From an uncultured Acidobacteriaceae bacterium (GTDB lineage: Bacteria > Acidobacteriota > Terriglobia > Terriglobales > Acidobacteriaceae): a stretch of 64,000 nt of DNA. The translations under genes and the position numbers were made by a program. Location of the stretch: NCBI GenBank assembly GCA_963805245.1, contig CAWDTG010000006.1, positions 560,799 through 624,798 on the forward strand, read 5' to 3'. Below are positions 46,236 through 56,864 of the stretch, piece by piece (position 1 is the stretch's first letter; each line of letters starts with the position of its first letter). Under the pieces are notes generated by a model. It saw only the letters and a list, made by a program, of their open reading frames with translations, was not told the origin of the DNA and made no database searches.

Positions 46236-47039
46236 TTGACAACCATCCGATTACTTGGAATTCAGCTCTGTTACAACGACGGCGATCTCCTCGAAGACTC
46301 TCTGCGCTATCTGCTCGATCAAGGCCATCACGTAATTGTGTGGGACCATGGGTCCACTGACGAAACACCGGAAATTATCCACCGCTATCGAAGGGAATTG
46401 CTTGAAAGCCGCCACATTCCCAGAGAGTTCGATTTCTACGAACTGTACGCAGCCATGTCGAGGCACCTTCTCGAAAACCTCGTGCCGATCTACGAGTGGA
46501 TTTCCTGGCCAGATCAGGACGAATTCCTGGAGGGGCCATCTCGTTCAAAGCCGTACCGGGAATGCATCGAGGAGGTGCATGCGTCGCAGTATAGCTGGAT
46601 ACAATTCAATAACTTTAATTATTGGTTGACCAGCGCCGACGATCCGAGGATCCAGTCTCCGCCGTTGAGAATCCGGCATTACTCTCTCTTTCCAGATTGT
46701 TCTCCGAGAATTCGTTCGTGGCGCGCCTCCGCGACCAACATCCGGGTCTTCAATCACAATCCACCGCTGGGGAATCCGTGGCCTGCTCGATTCAACCTGC
46801 GTCATTACCCCATACGATCACCAGAGCAAATGCTGAATCGCGTCCTGCGGGATCGTGCGGGCTTGCGCCGCGGCGGCAGCAATTATCATTACGACAACAT
46901 GAAGCTGAACATGAATCGACTGGAAATCGCCCCTGAGCAACTTCATTACGACGATGGACGCTCGGAGTTAAATCCCGAACCGATTTTTAATTGGCGTTCC
47001 ATCTACGGATTCGGCGCGCCTGAGGAATCCGCCTCCTGA
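46236..47039 (+). CDS. glycosyltransferase-like protein (family uncertain)
   Basis: ORF 46113-47039, with a likely TTG start at 46236 after agggag. The N-terminus (IQLCYNDGDLLEDSLRYLLDQGHHVIVWDHGSTDETPEI) resembles GT2-type nucleotide-sugar binding domains. Confidence 0.45.
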   Translation: MTTIRLLGIQLCYNDGDLLEDSLRYLLDQGHHVIVWDHGSTDETPEIIHRYRRELLESRHIPREFDFYELYAAMSRHLLENLVPIYEWISWPDQDEFLEGPSRSKPYRECIEEVHASQYSWIQFNNFNYWLTSADDPRIQSPPLRIRHYSLFPDCSPRIRSWRASATNIRVFNHNPPLGNPWPARFNLRHYPIRSPEQMLNRVLRDRAGLRRGGSNYHYDNMKLNMNRLEIAPEQLHYDDGRSELNPEPIFNWRSIYGFGAPEESAS

Positions 47040-47054
47040 AGCCGATTAGATTAG

Positions 47055-48310
47055 TTACGTTTGGGAAAATGGCGCTACCTGTACCAGCTCCGTGGTGTGC
47101 TTCAGTTGCCCACAGGCGGCGTAGATGTCGCGGCCGCGGGGACGCCGAACGAACGCTGGTATTCCCGCACGGGTGAGGACGTTCTGGAATGCCAGCACGC
47201 GATCGTCGGACGGGGTGGAGAAGGGAATCTCTGCTCCCGAATTCAGCGCGATCAAGTTTACCTTCGCGCGCAGCCCGCGAATCAGGTCAACCATCTCGCG
47301 GGCATGCTGAACCCCATCGTTGACCCCGCCAAGCAGGACATACTCGAAGGTCAACCGCTCTCGATTGCGCAGAGGAAACTCGCGCAGCGCCGCCATTAGC
47401 TTCTCGATCGTCCACTTCTTAGTGATCGGCATGACTTGCGTGCGCAGCGGCTCGTTGGGAGCATTGAGTGACACTGCTAGCTTGGGGCGGACGGGCTCGG
47501 CTCCGAAATCGGCGATGCGCGGGACGATGCCCGATGTTGAAACCGTCATGCGCGACTCGGGAATGCCCACCGCTTCCACCAGCAGGCGCACAGCCTGCAT
47601 GAAGTTGTCGTAGTTAAGGAAAGGCTCGCCTTGTCCCATGAAGACAAGGTTGACGCGGTCGCGCTCCATCTCGACCTGCTGGTCGTTGAGCACGGCGAGA
47701 ATCTGTCCCACGATTTCTCCCGCGCTCAGGTTGCGCTTCAATCCCAGCAGCGCGGTCATGCAGAAGGCACACTCCACGGCGCAGCCCACCTGGCTGGAGA
47801 CGCAGATGGTGGCGCGCTGAAAGCGATCTCGGGAACGGGGAGGAGATGTGGAAAGTCCCGACTGCTATAGGGGTCCTTCGACTCGCCGACGCAACCTCGG
47901 CGTCGGCTCGCTCAGGATGACACTCTGAAATCTGGAGTTCTTGCAGCTCGGCATCTCCATCCTCCGATCCATCGCCGGCTTCTCCGCCATCGCCTTCCGG
48001 CATCCACACTGTTTCAACACTTTGGCCGTCGGAAAACGCCAGCAGGTAACGAACCGTCCCATCGATAGAAGCGAACTTCTTCTCGAGTTCGGGTAACCCA
48101 ATCGAGTAGCCCGAATCACTCAGCTGCTGCCGAAAGGCAAGGGCAGCATCGTGAACTGTTCCAAGAGCGACCACCTTTGCCGGTATAAACCGTCTAAAAG
48201 CTGGCGGGCGCGATAGGCGGGTTGACCTAAACCTTCAGCAATCTCCGTAAGTTGCTGAATCGTAAGGCCTAATAGTTCGGTATTTTGTTGGTTGCTCATG
48301 CATCCAATAT
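47055..48310 (-). pseudogene. rlmN: radical-SAM rRNA/tRNA adenine-C2 methyltransferase RlmN, interrupted by a 56-bp repeat insertion and a second frame break
   Basis: N-terminus MSNQQNTELLGLTIQQLTEIAEGLGQPAYRARQLLDGLY. Radical-SAM motif GCAVECAFCMT. Family-A repeat at 47867-47922 inside the coding sequence. Additional break at the G3 run 48141-48143. Confidence 0.85.
47867..47922. repeat. family-A 56-bp repeat inserted in rlmN, flanked by AG/AG
   Basis: Gene-sense tgtcatcctgagcg...gagtcgaaggacccctat. The element end creates an in-frame TAG in the downstream frame. Confidence 0.85.
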
Positions 48311-48515
48311 GCTGTAGTTAGATTCCTGTGCGCCCGACGACGCTGCGGGCATTTCGTCATTGTAGATTCATTCTAAAAGGGTGGTCATTCTATTCCGCGG
48401 GCCTGAGAAGCCACAGGGAGCACAGGTACTAAGTTTAGCCAGGCGGACAGTTGCCAGAAGGGGCGTAAGCTCGGACGGCCGTCAGAATGTGACAAGTAGG
48501 AAGCGGTAATAAGTA

Positions 48516-49794
48516 ATGGTTGAAGAAGTCCGCAATATAAAACGCGAGGTGTTGCCCAACGGGCTCACCATCCTGACCGAACACATGAACCACATCCGTT
48601 CGGTCTCGATGGGGATCTGGGTGAAGTCCGGCTCGCGTCACGAAGATCCCGCCGTGAATGGCATTTCGCATTTTGTCGAACACATGGTGTTCAAGGGGAC
48701 AACCAGCCGTACTGCCGAGGATATTGCCCGCCAGGTGGATTCCATCGGCGGCAACATGGACGCCTTCACCGGCAAAGAGACTATCTGCTTCAATATCAAA
48801 GTTCTGGACGAGCATCTGCCTCTGGCCGTCGATATCTTGAGCGACATGGTCCTGCATCCGGTCTTCGACGCCAACGAAATCACGCGCGAGCGTGGCGTCA
48901 TACTGGAAGAGATCAAGATGGATGAGGACAATCCCGACTACCTGGTGCATGAGATCTTCACCCAGAATTTCTTCAAGGACCACCCACTGGGCAAGCCGAT
49001 CCTGGGGACCAAGGAAACAGTGCGGCGCTTCGATCAGAGTGCCATTCAGGGTTTCTATCCCTCCAAGTTTGCTCCTGGCAATCTGATCATTTCGGCGGCA
49101 GGGAACGTGAACCACGAGGAGTTTGTCGAACTCCTGCGCCTGCGCTTCGGGCAGTTGCCGGCGGGATCCAACGGCTGGCACGACAGTCCGCCGAAAGTCC
49201 ATTCCCGCATCATCCTGCGCAACAAGAAATCCCTGGAGCAGGTACAGATTTGCGTGGGCGTTCCGTCGTACTGCATCAGCCACGAGCGGCGCTATGCGTC
49301 GTACATCCTGAACACGCTACTGGGCGGAGGGATGAGTTCGCGGCTCTTCCAAAACGTTCGTGAGAAACAGGGATTGGTGTATTCGATCTTCTCCGAACTG
49401 AATCCTTTCCGCGATGCGGGATTGCTGTCGGTGTATGCAGGTACCTCGCGGCAGTCTGCGCCCCATGGTGGTGCAATCCATCGTGAACGAGTTTCGCCAG
49501 TTGAAACTGGAGCCCATCTCGGAAGAGGAGCTGAAACGCGCCAAAGACCAGTTGAAGGGAAGCCTGATGCTGAGTCTGGAGTCGAGCACAGCGCGAATGT
49601 CCAACTTGGCGCGGCAGGAAATGTATTACGACCGCTTCTTCAGCATGGACGAAATTATTGAGCGCATCCAGGCGGTGACCAGAGAAGACTTGTTGCAATC
49701 CGCAAATGAACTATTCCAGCCGGAGCGAATCGCGGTAACCGTGTTGGGCAATCTCAACGGACTGAAGATCAGCCGCGATTCCCTGGTCTGCTGA
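48516..49794 (+). pseudogene. M16-family zinc peptidase (pitrilysin-like), frame break near 49450
   Basis: HxxEH motif (HFVEH) in the first ORF. The C-terminal domain continues in ORF 49414-49794 (SLRPMVVQSIVNEFRQLK...). The junction follows SVYAGTS. Confidence 0.85.
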
Positions 49795-49807
49795 AGGCCC
49801 CCACGGG

Positions 49808-50050
49808 ATGGGCTTTGCGACACTACGTTATCGGATTTCTGCGATGACTGTAGTGGGCGTCGTCAAACGCTCCCGCATCGAATCTGTCGACGTCCTTCGC
49901 GGGGTCATCATGATCCTGATGGCGCTCGATCATGCCAGGGACTATTTGGGTGTCCGTGGCGTTAATCCCACTGATCCGACTACCACGACGATTCCGCTCT
50001 TCTTCACGCGCTGGATCACCCATTTTTGTGCGCCGGTTTTCTTCCTGCTG
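49808..50050 (+). pseudogene. DUF1624/acyltransferase-3-like membrane protein, N-terminal fragment
   Basis: [21 protein letters not shown]...[13 protein letters not shown] matches only the first ~80 aa of this family. The homology ends exactly at the convergent carbonic anhydrase stop codon. Confidence 0.5.
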
Positions 50051-50769
50051 TCAAAAGGACTGCCCAAAATACCCGAGCAAAGCCACAGCACCACTGGCCA
50101 GGTCATAGTAGCCTGAGACGACTTTTACCTTGCCTTCTTTCATCAGGCCTGAGATGACGGTCGAAGCCTCGCGCAATAGTGCTGCCTGAATCTTTGGCGT
50201 TGGCCTTGGTCGCCGCTTCCAGATCCGGTCCAGCCTGATCCACCGCAGGTTGGATATGCGGAAAGAGTGAGCTGATCTGCCCGGGTACTTCCTTTCCTTG
50301 AATGGTTGCCTTCACAGCGCCGCAGCCAGAGTGTCCCATCACCAGGATCACTTTGGTTCCCAAGACTGCAGCGCCATATTCGAGGCTGCCGATAATCTCC
50401 GGCGTAATAACATTGCCTGCAACCCGCGTCACGAAAATATGGCCAATACTTTGATCGAAGATAAGTTCCACCGGCACGCGCGAATCCGCACAGGACAGCA
50501 CAGCGGCAAATGGTTCCTGCTTATCGGCCGTATGTTGCTTGATGATCGCAAGATCGTGATCGAATGAAGTTAGCCTCTCGGCAACGAACCGCTTGTTGCC
50601 ATCCACCAATTCCGCCAGCGCGGCATCGGGTGTTAGCACGCTCTGGGCCAGCATTTGGGACGGTGCCGCGAGTTGCAGACCGCTTGTCAATCCGACTGCG
50701 GCTGCGGTTACGCCCATCTCCAGGAATCGCCGTCTCGACGGTGCCTGATCCGAAAAAAATGTAGTTCAT
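50051..50769 (-). pseudogene. beta-class carbonic anhydrase with Tat signal, two single-base frame breaks
   Basis: Core motifs CADSRVP and HSGCGAV are present. Removing one A from the A7 run 50753-50759 gives MNYIFSDQAPSRRRFLEMGV (twin-arginine motif). Removing one base near 50140 restores ...[37 protein letters not shown]. Confidence 0.8.
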
Positions 50770-51262
50770 GACTTTTCCTTTCTCACAGATTCACGGTGCG
50801 TCGCAAATTGCGTGACTCGCGCGGTTGAGCCTAGTCGCAATGACTCCGGCAAGAGGATCAGTTTTTCGCCAGCCATTTGAACACGGATCGGTATCAATGC
50901 CAAGCTCGAAGCGGCGACGTCAGCAACCTTTCCTTCCGGCAACCGTCCAAGTTGCAGACTTGTCTGTGTTGGGCTGGAAAATGATTGCCGAGGTGCATTT
51001 TGGATTGTCCCACCCTCGCATCATCTTCAAAATTGTGCGATGCTGTGAGCATGGGAAACAAGAACGCACCAAAGCGCGAAGCCAAAAAGCCGCCTAAGAA
51101 GAAAACCAAAGCGACCCTCTAGACTTCCAGCTAAGTCGCCGTGTTGGCGGGTGCGCCAAATGCCAAGGCCCAAGGCTGGCGGATGTTCCATTGAGGACGC
51201 ATCGGCAGTTTGGGTGGTTGAGCAGGCGTGAACCGACCGGACGGCTAAGAAAGGTTGCCAGT

Positions 51263-51738
51263 ATGCGTAAACGTAACCGAGACCGGGGATTTACCCTGAT
51301 CGAACTGCTGATCGTCGTAACCATTATTCTGATCATCGCGGCATTCACCATACCCAAGCTTACGAAGTCGACTATTCCGGCACACGAGACTTCCGCCATC
51401 GCCAGCATCCGAGCGATCAATGAAGCGCAAATGATCTATGCCAGCAGTCATCCGGACGTGGGCTTCACGCCGGACTTGGCGATGCTGGGAGGTACGACTC
51501 AGACCGGCGGCGAGGGTACAATCGACAATACCTTGGCCAGCGGCCGCAAGAGCGGCTATACGCTTTACCTATACGCCCGGGGAGAAAGGTGAACGGCGCG
51601 ATCCGTTCGTACACGATCACTGCCGTACCCGACCAGGTTGGCACGACTGGACAGCGCCGGTTTTACTCGGACGAGGCAGGCGAGATCCATAACAATTCCT
51701 CCGGACCTGCGGATGCCAACAGCCCGGTGATTCAGTAA
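51263..51738 (+). pseudogene. type IV pilin (prepilin-type N-terminal cleavage/methylation domain), two frame breaks near 51570-51590
   Basis: MRKRNRDRGFTLIELLIVV N-terminus. The C-terminal part continues in other frames (FTYTPGEK, then VNGAIRSYTITAVPDQVGTTGQRRFYSDEAGEIH). Confidence 0.8.
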
Positions 51739-51839
51739 GATCCGCCAGACTGACGATTTTGTACCGAAGATCGGACATCGCCTTCGAGAGCCCGATCGAC
51801 CGTTCGGCTAAAAATTCTGGACTTTAACCGCAAACATTC

Positions 51840-52517
51840 TTGATTCATGAGCTGGCCACCTCGTTGGAATTTGTCGCTGTCGTGCTGCTTCTACTGCGTT
51901 CAGCTCCGCTCAGCGCCCAAACCGACGTGCACGCCCTTGCCGCCAAAGTGGACCAACGCTACGATCACATGCGCACCCTGGAAGCCAGGTTCACTGAAAT
52001 CTATAGCGGCGCCGGCATCAACCGCACCGAGAGCGGCACCCTCTTGATGAAAAAGCCGGGCCGAATGAGGTGGGACTACGATGAGCCGCGCCCCAAGCTG
52101 TTCCTCACCGACGGACACACCGCCTGGTTCTACGTTCCTGGGGAGAAACAGGTTCGCCGAACGCCGGTCAAGCAACTCGACGATCTGCGCTCGCCGCTGC
52201 GTTACATGCTAGGTAAGACAAAGCTGGAGAAAGAGTTGGATGGTCTTTCCCTCGCGCCTGATCAAAAACCGCTCAACCCAGGCGACGTAGTTCTGCGTGG
52301 CATTCCCAAAGGAATGGGCGACCGTATTGAGCAGACATTGCTGGAAGTCACGCCTGACGGCTTGATCTCGCGCATCGTAGTCGAAGAACGTGATGGCTCC
52401 GTCACCGAATTCCGCTTTCTTCAGCAGAGGGAGAACGTCGAAATACCAGACGCACAATTTCGTTTTAGTCCGCCGCCAGGAACGGAGGTCGTAGCCGGAA
52501 CCGAGTTCACGGAGTAG
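51840..52517 (+). CDS. LolA-like outer-membrane lipoprotein carrier protein
   Basis: 225 aa with a signal peptide and the LolA-family pattern (F.Q......G.L.....GR.RWDY..P....L..DG...W.Y.P). Confidence 0.7.
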   Translation: MIHELATSLEFVAVVLLLLRSAPLSAQTDVHALAAKVDQRYDHMRTLEARFTEIYSGAGINRTESGTLLMKKPGRMRWDYDEPRPKLFLTDGHTAWFYVPGEKQVRRTPVKQLDDLRSPLRYMLGKTKLEKELDGLSLAPDQKPLNPGDVVLRGIPKGMGDRIEQTLLEVTPDGLISRIVVEERDGSVTEFRFLQQRENVEIPDAQFRFSPPPGTEVVAGTEFTE

Positions 52518-52691
52518 CGATGAGCTGTCGGCCTTCAGCTAAGGCCCTAGGGCAAAGAGAGAAAGGCGAACGGCCAAAGACGTTACTTGCGGAAGTATAC
52601 GTCGCGCGAAAGCTGATAGCTGACGTGCTGATAGCCGACGGCTACCAGATGCTAGACTACTCATAACCTCTCCCTAGGGAACTTCTCAACC

Positions 52692-53902
52692 ATGGCCGAA
52701 TACCTGATCAAGATGGCCGACGAACGGGGTCATGTCCTCGAGCAGACTCGAGAACGGTGTCTCGGAGGTCGAGATCCGGGATCGCTTTGCCCAGCAGGGC
52801 TTTTTGGTCTATTCGGTCAAGGCCAAGGGGCTGTTTTCGACGGAAATGGGTTTCCCGCGCCGGCGCAAGATCAAACAGGACCAGTTTGTCATCTTCAACC
52901 AGCAGTTTGTGACGCTGATCCATGCCGGCCTGCCGATTATTCAGTCGCTGGAACTGTTGATCAAGCGGCAACGCAACCTCTTCTTTCGTCCGGTGCTGCA
53001 GAATGTGCGCGACCGGGTGCGCGGTGGCGAGTTGCTCTCCGAGGCGTTCGAGGCGCAGAAAGTTTTTCCGAAGGTTTACACCACCACCCTGCTGGCCGGT
53101 GAGAAGAGCGGCAATCTGGAAGAGGTGATGGGGCGCTACATCTCCTTCCAGCGCCTGGCGGTCAGTTTTCGCAAGAAGCTGACCGCTTCACTGGTCTATC
53201 CCGCGTTGCTGGTGGCCATGCTTATCGTGATGATGACGTTCCTCATCACCTTTGTCGTTCCGCAGTTCGCAAACCTGTATCAACAGCTAGGTGCTCAGTT
53301 GCCGACAATGACCTCCATCATGTTGTCCATCGGGGTCAACGCGAAGCACTATTTCTTGCCCTCGCTGGTAGTGCTGGGCGATCGCTGGTTTCTTCTTGTG
53401 GCGTTGGATGAAGAGCGACAGCGGCGCCACCAGGATGGACCGCTTCAAATTGAAGATCCCCATGCTGGGAGATGTCTGGTTGAAGTACCAGGTCGCGGTG
53501 TTTGCACGTATGCTGTCAACTCTGCTGTCGGGCGGACTGTCGCTGGTCCCCTCGCTGGAGACGGCGGGTGAGTCGATGCAGAGCCGCCTGATCGCGCGCG
53601 GCATCGAGACGGCGACCCGCGGCGTGCGCGAAGGCCAGGGGCTGGCGCACAGCCTGGAAGAGACCAAGGTCTTTCCGGAAATGTCGGTGGAGATGATTGA
53701 GGTCGGTGAATCGACGGGCGCGCTGCCGGCAATGCTGAACTCGGTGTCGGAGTTCTATGAGGAAGACGTGCAAAACGCACTGGCCACGGCCATGGCGTTG
53801 ATTGAGCCGGTTATCCTGATTGTGATGGGCGTGGTAGTGGCTTTTGTGTTGATTTCCCTGTACCTGCCGATCTTTAGTTTGGGTTCGGAGGGGCTGCATT
53901 AG
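52692..53902 (+). pseudogene. pilC: type IV pilus / T2SS inner-membrane platform protein PilC/GspF, two frame breaks (about 52745 and 53385)
   Basis: Three consecutive ORF pieces cover a complete GspF-type protein (two T2SSF repeats, ...AMALIEPVILIVMGVVVAFVLISLYLPIFSLG). Confidence 0.85.
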
Positions 53903-53907
53903 AAGGG

Positions 53908-53935
53908 GATAGTGGTTAGTGGATAGTGGATAGAA
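53908..53935. repeat. heptad-periodic tract (GATAGTG x4) after the pilC stop
   Basis: gatagtg gttagtg gatagtg gatagaa. Confidence 0.8.
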
Positions 53936-54015
53936 ACAGCGGGTCCTTCCGCTCGGTCGCCGTGGCGACCTCGGTCGGGATGACAGAATAAGTGGGGGTG
54001 GAGTACTTTGCTTTA

Positions 54016-54064
54016 GCTAGCTGCTAATTGCTAGTTGCTAATTGCTAATTGCTGATTGCTAGTA
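54016..54064. repeat. heptad-periodic tract (GCTAnTT x7) upstream of pilB
   Basis: gctagct gctaatt gctagtt gctaatt gctaatt gctgatt gctagta, all in phase. Confidence 0.9.
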
Positions 54065-54080
54065 CTAAAAGGTGTTAGGT

Positions 54081-55736
54081 ATGGCAGACATAAAGAAACC
54101 GATCTTCGTAGGCGGCGGTAACGGAAGTCCGATCAGTACGCAGGACGAAGTCGAACACGGCAAAGAACTGGCGCGGCGTTATCGTTGCGAGTTCGTGGAC
54201 CTGAAGAACTTTCACATTCAGCACGAACTGTTCCGCAAAATTCCAGTGGACCTGATGTTCCGCTACAACTTTGTGCCTTTGGAAGACAAGCCCGACGGCC
54301 GCCTGGTGATCGCCATCGCCGATCCCAGCCAGTTGATGATGATCGACGAGATCGGCTTGCTGCTGGCGCGGCGCATCACCACCAAGGTCGCCAGCCTGTC
54401 GCAGATCAGCGACATCCTGAAGAAGACGGAGCAGTCGCAACGCGTGCTGGAGGAAGCCAGCGAAGGCTTTGCGCTGGACGTTATCGCCGAGGACGAAAAT
54501 TCCGACGAGACCATCTCGATCGAAAAGCTGACGGCCGAGGCCGACATCAGCCCCATCATCCGTCTGGTGGACACGACCATCTTCACCGCGTTGCAGCGGC
54601 GTGCCAGCGATATTCACATCGAGACGCGCGACGACTCGGTGGTCATCAAGTACCGCATTGACGGCGTGCTGCAACAGGCCATGCAGCCCATTGCCAAGGA
54701 GCACCACTCCACCATCATCTCGCGTATCAAGGTCATGAGCGAGTTGGACATCTCCGAGCGCCGCGTCCCGCAGGACGGACGTTTTCGCGTGCGCTATCTG
54801 GGGCGCTCCATCGACTTCCGCGTTTCCATCATGCCCTCGATTCACGGCGAAGACGCGGTGCTTCGTGTGCTCGACAAAGAGTCGATGAGCGAGAAGTTTC
54901 ACAAGCTGACTCTTGACGTGGTGGGCTTCAGCGACGAAGACCTGCGCAAGTTCCGTCGCTACATCAAAGAGCCGTACGGAATGGTGCTGGTCACCGGACC
55001 GACGGGCTCGGGCAAAACCACGACGCTATACGCCGCGCTGAACGAGATCAAGACCGACGAAGACAAGCTGATCACCATCGAAGACCCGGTCGAATACCAG
55101 ATTCGCGGCATCACGCAGATTCCGGTGAACGAGAAGAAGGGATTGACTTTCGCCCGCGGTTTGCGCTCGATTCTGCGCCACGATCCCGACAAGATCATGG
55201 TCGGCGAAATCCGCGATACCGAGACGGCCCAGATTGCCATCAATTCCGCGCTTACCGGACACTTGGTGTTCACCACCGTTCACGCCAACAACGTGGTCGA
55301 TGTACTGGGGCGATTCCTCAACATGGGCGTGGAAGCCTACAACTTCATTTCCGCACTGAACTGCATCCTGGCGCAACGGCTGGTAAGAGTCGTCTGCGAA
55401 TTCTGCAAGAAAGAGGTCCACTATTCCGACGAGGAATTGGAGGCCAGCGGTTTGAATCCGCAAGAATGGGCGAATATCCCGTTCTATGAAGGAGAGGGTT
55501 GCATCGAGTGCTCGGGCACCGGATTCCGCGGACGAACTGCCATCCACGAGTTGCTGGAGTTGACCGATAACGTTCGCGAGATGATTCTGGCGAAGAAGCC
55601 CAGCAGCGAGATTCGCCGCGCCGCCAAAGAGGAAGGAATGCATTTCCTTCGTGAGTCGGCAATTGATAGAGTGAAACGAGGGCTGACGACGCTGAAGGAA
55701 ATCAACAAGGTAACTTTCATCGAGACGACGCGGTAA
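54081..55736 (+). CDS. pilB: type IV pilus assembly ATPase PilB (GspE family)
   Basis: Walker A (GPTGSGKTTT), Asp box, Walker B and a tetracysteine motif (CEFC...CIEC). ATG at 54081 within ORF 54072-55736. Confidence 0.9.
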   Translation: MADIKKPIFVGGGNGSPISTQDEVEHGKELARRYRCEFVDLKNFHIQHELFRKIPVDLMFRYNFVPLEDKPDGRLVIAIADPSQLMMIDEIGLLLARRITTKVASLSQISDILKKTEQSQRVLEEASEGFALDVIAEDENSDETISIEKLTAEADISPIIRLVDTTIFTALQRRASDIHIETRDDSVVIKYRIDGVLQQAMQPIAKEHHSTIISRIKVMSELDISERRVPQDGRFRVRYLGRSIDFRVSIMPSIHGEDAVLRVLDKESMSEKFHKLTLDVVGFSDEDLRKFRRYIKEPYGMVLVTGPTGSGKTTTLYAALNEIKTDEDKLITIEDPVEYQIRGITQIPVNEKKGLTFARGLRSILRHDPDKIMVGEIRDTETAQIAINSALTGHLVFTTVHANNVVDVLGRFLNMGVEAYNFISALNCILAQRLVRVVCEFCKKEVHYSDEELEASGLNPQEWANIPFYEGEGCIECSGTGFRGRTAIHELLELTDNVREMILAKKPSSEIRRAAKEEGMHFLRESAIDRVKRGLTTLKEINKVTFIETTR

Positions 55737-55738
55737 GA

Positions 55739-55773
55739 AGCAATTAGCATTTAGCAATTGGCAGCTAGCAGAT
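55739..55773. repeat. heptad-periodic tract (AGCAnTT x5) after the pilB stop
   Basis: agcaatt agcattt agcaatt ggcagct agcagat. Confidence 0.8.
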
Positions 55774-55943
55774 TGTGATCTCGTATGCGTCTGTCATCTT
55801 GAACTTGGAGCGCGGCAGGAATAGTTTGCTTGTCATCCTGAGCGAGGAGCGCGGCGACGAAGGACCCGATACTGGCCGAACCGTTGGTTTCGTGAGGAAC
55901 TTGCCACGTTAGGGATCCTTGCTGCGCTCAGGATGACACGATT

Positions 55944-55971
55944 GAAACTTGAAACTCGACAACTGAAACTG
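55944..55971. repeat. heptad-periodic tract (GAAACTn x4) upstream of pilM
   Basis: gaaactt gaaactc gacaact gaaactg, then agag and the ATG. Confidence 0.8.
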
Positions 55972-55975
55972 AGAG

Positions 55976-56864
55976 ATGCCTTCTAACAACATTCCGCGGC
56001 CCCGAGTGGCCTGTGAAATAAGCGCCGAGCGCGTCGTTGCTGGACGCGCGACCGAAGGCGCGCAGACTCTCGAAGCCGCTTCGGCACAGGCTCTTCCCGA
56101 TGGTGCACTTGTGCCTGGGTTGCAGCAGGCGAACGTTAACGCGCGCGAAGCGCTGGTGTCGGCGCTGCGCGAGGCTTTGTCGGCGGTCGCCGGACGTTCC
56201 CGCGATATCTGTCTGGTGATTCCCGACGCTACCACCCGCATCATGCTGCTCGACTTCGACACCCTGCCGGCTAAGCCGGAGGAAGCGGATGCGGTAGTGC
56301 GCTTCCGCCTAAAAAAATCGCTCCCCTTCGAAGTGGAGCAGTCGGCCGTATCATTCGATCGCCAGGGAACAGCGGATCCGGTCCGGCTGGTTGCGGCTGT
56401 GACGCCGCGCAATATTCTGGAGGAGTACGAATCGCTGGTCCGCGAAGCCGGCTACAATCCGGGAGCGGTGTTGCCTTCCATGATTGCGGCGCTTGGCGTG
56501 GTGGAGGGTTCGCGCCCGACCATGGTCATTAAGGTCGAAAGCGGGAACTACCACCTTCGCTATCGTGGACAATAATCAGCTGTTGCTCCATCGCGCGCTG
56601 GAAAACGGTGGCTCGGCGGTCAGCGGCGAGTCTCTGGTGGATGACGTGAACACTTCACTGGTGTACTTCGAAGACCGGTACTCCGTGGGCGTGGATCGAG
56701 TCCTGGTAACCGGAGTGGAGTCGGCGCAGGCTTTGCAGGAGGCATTGAGCGCCACTGCGAATATTCGAGTGGAAGAGTTGCTATCCAGTGAGCGGACGGG
56801 TGCCGCGGCGGGCAAGGTATCGCGCTCCGTGCTCGCCGGAGTGGTGGGAGCGTTGGTTTCCTGA
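55976..56864 (+). pseudogene. pilM: type IV pilus assembly protein PilM-like, frame break near 56545
   Basis: The two ORF pieces join as ...TMVIKVESG/TTTFAIVDNNQLLLHRAL. The stop overlaps the pilN ATG (TGATG). Confidence 0.7.

Noticed and set aside
48435-49283. 282-aa ORF on the minus strand
   Set aside because: Antisense shadow of the M16 peptidase gene.
51051-51122. 23-codon Lys-rich micro-ORF (MGNKNAPKREAKKPPKKKTKATL)
   Set aside because: It resembles small basic proteins seen in some genomes. However, there is no RBS, no conservation evidence, and it overlaps another weak ORF. Evidence is insufficient.
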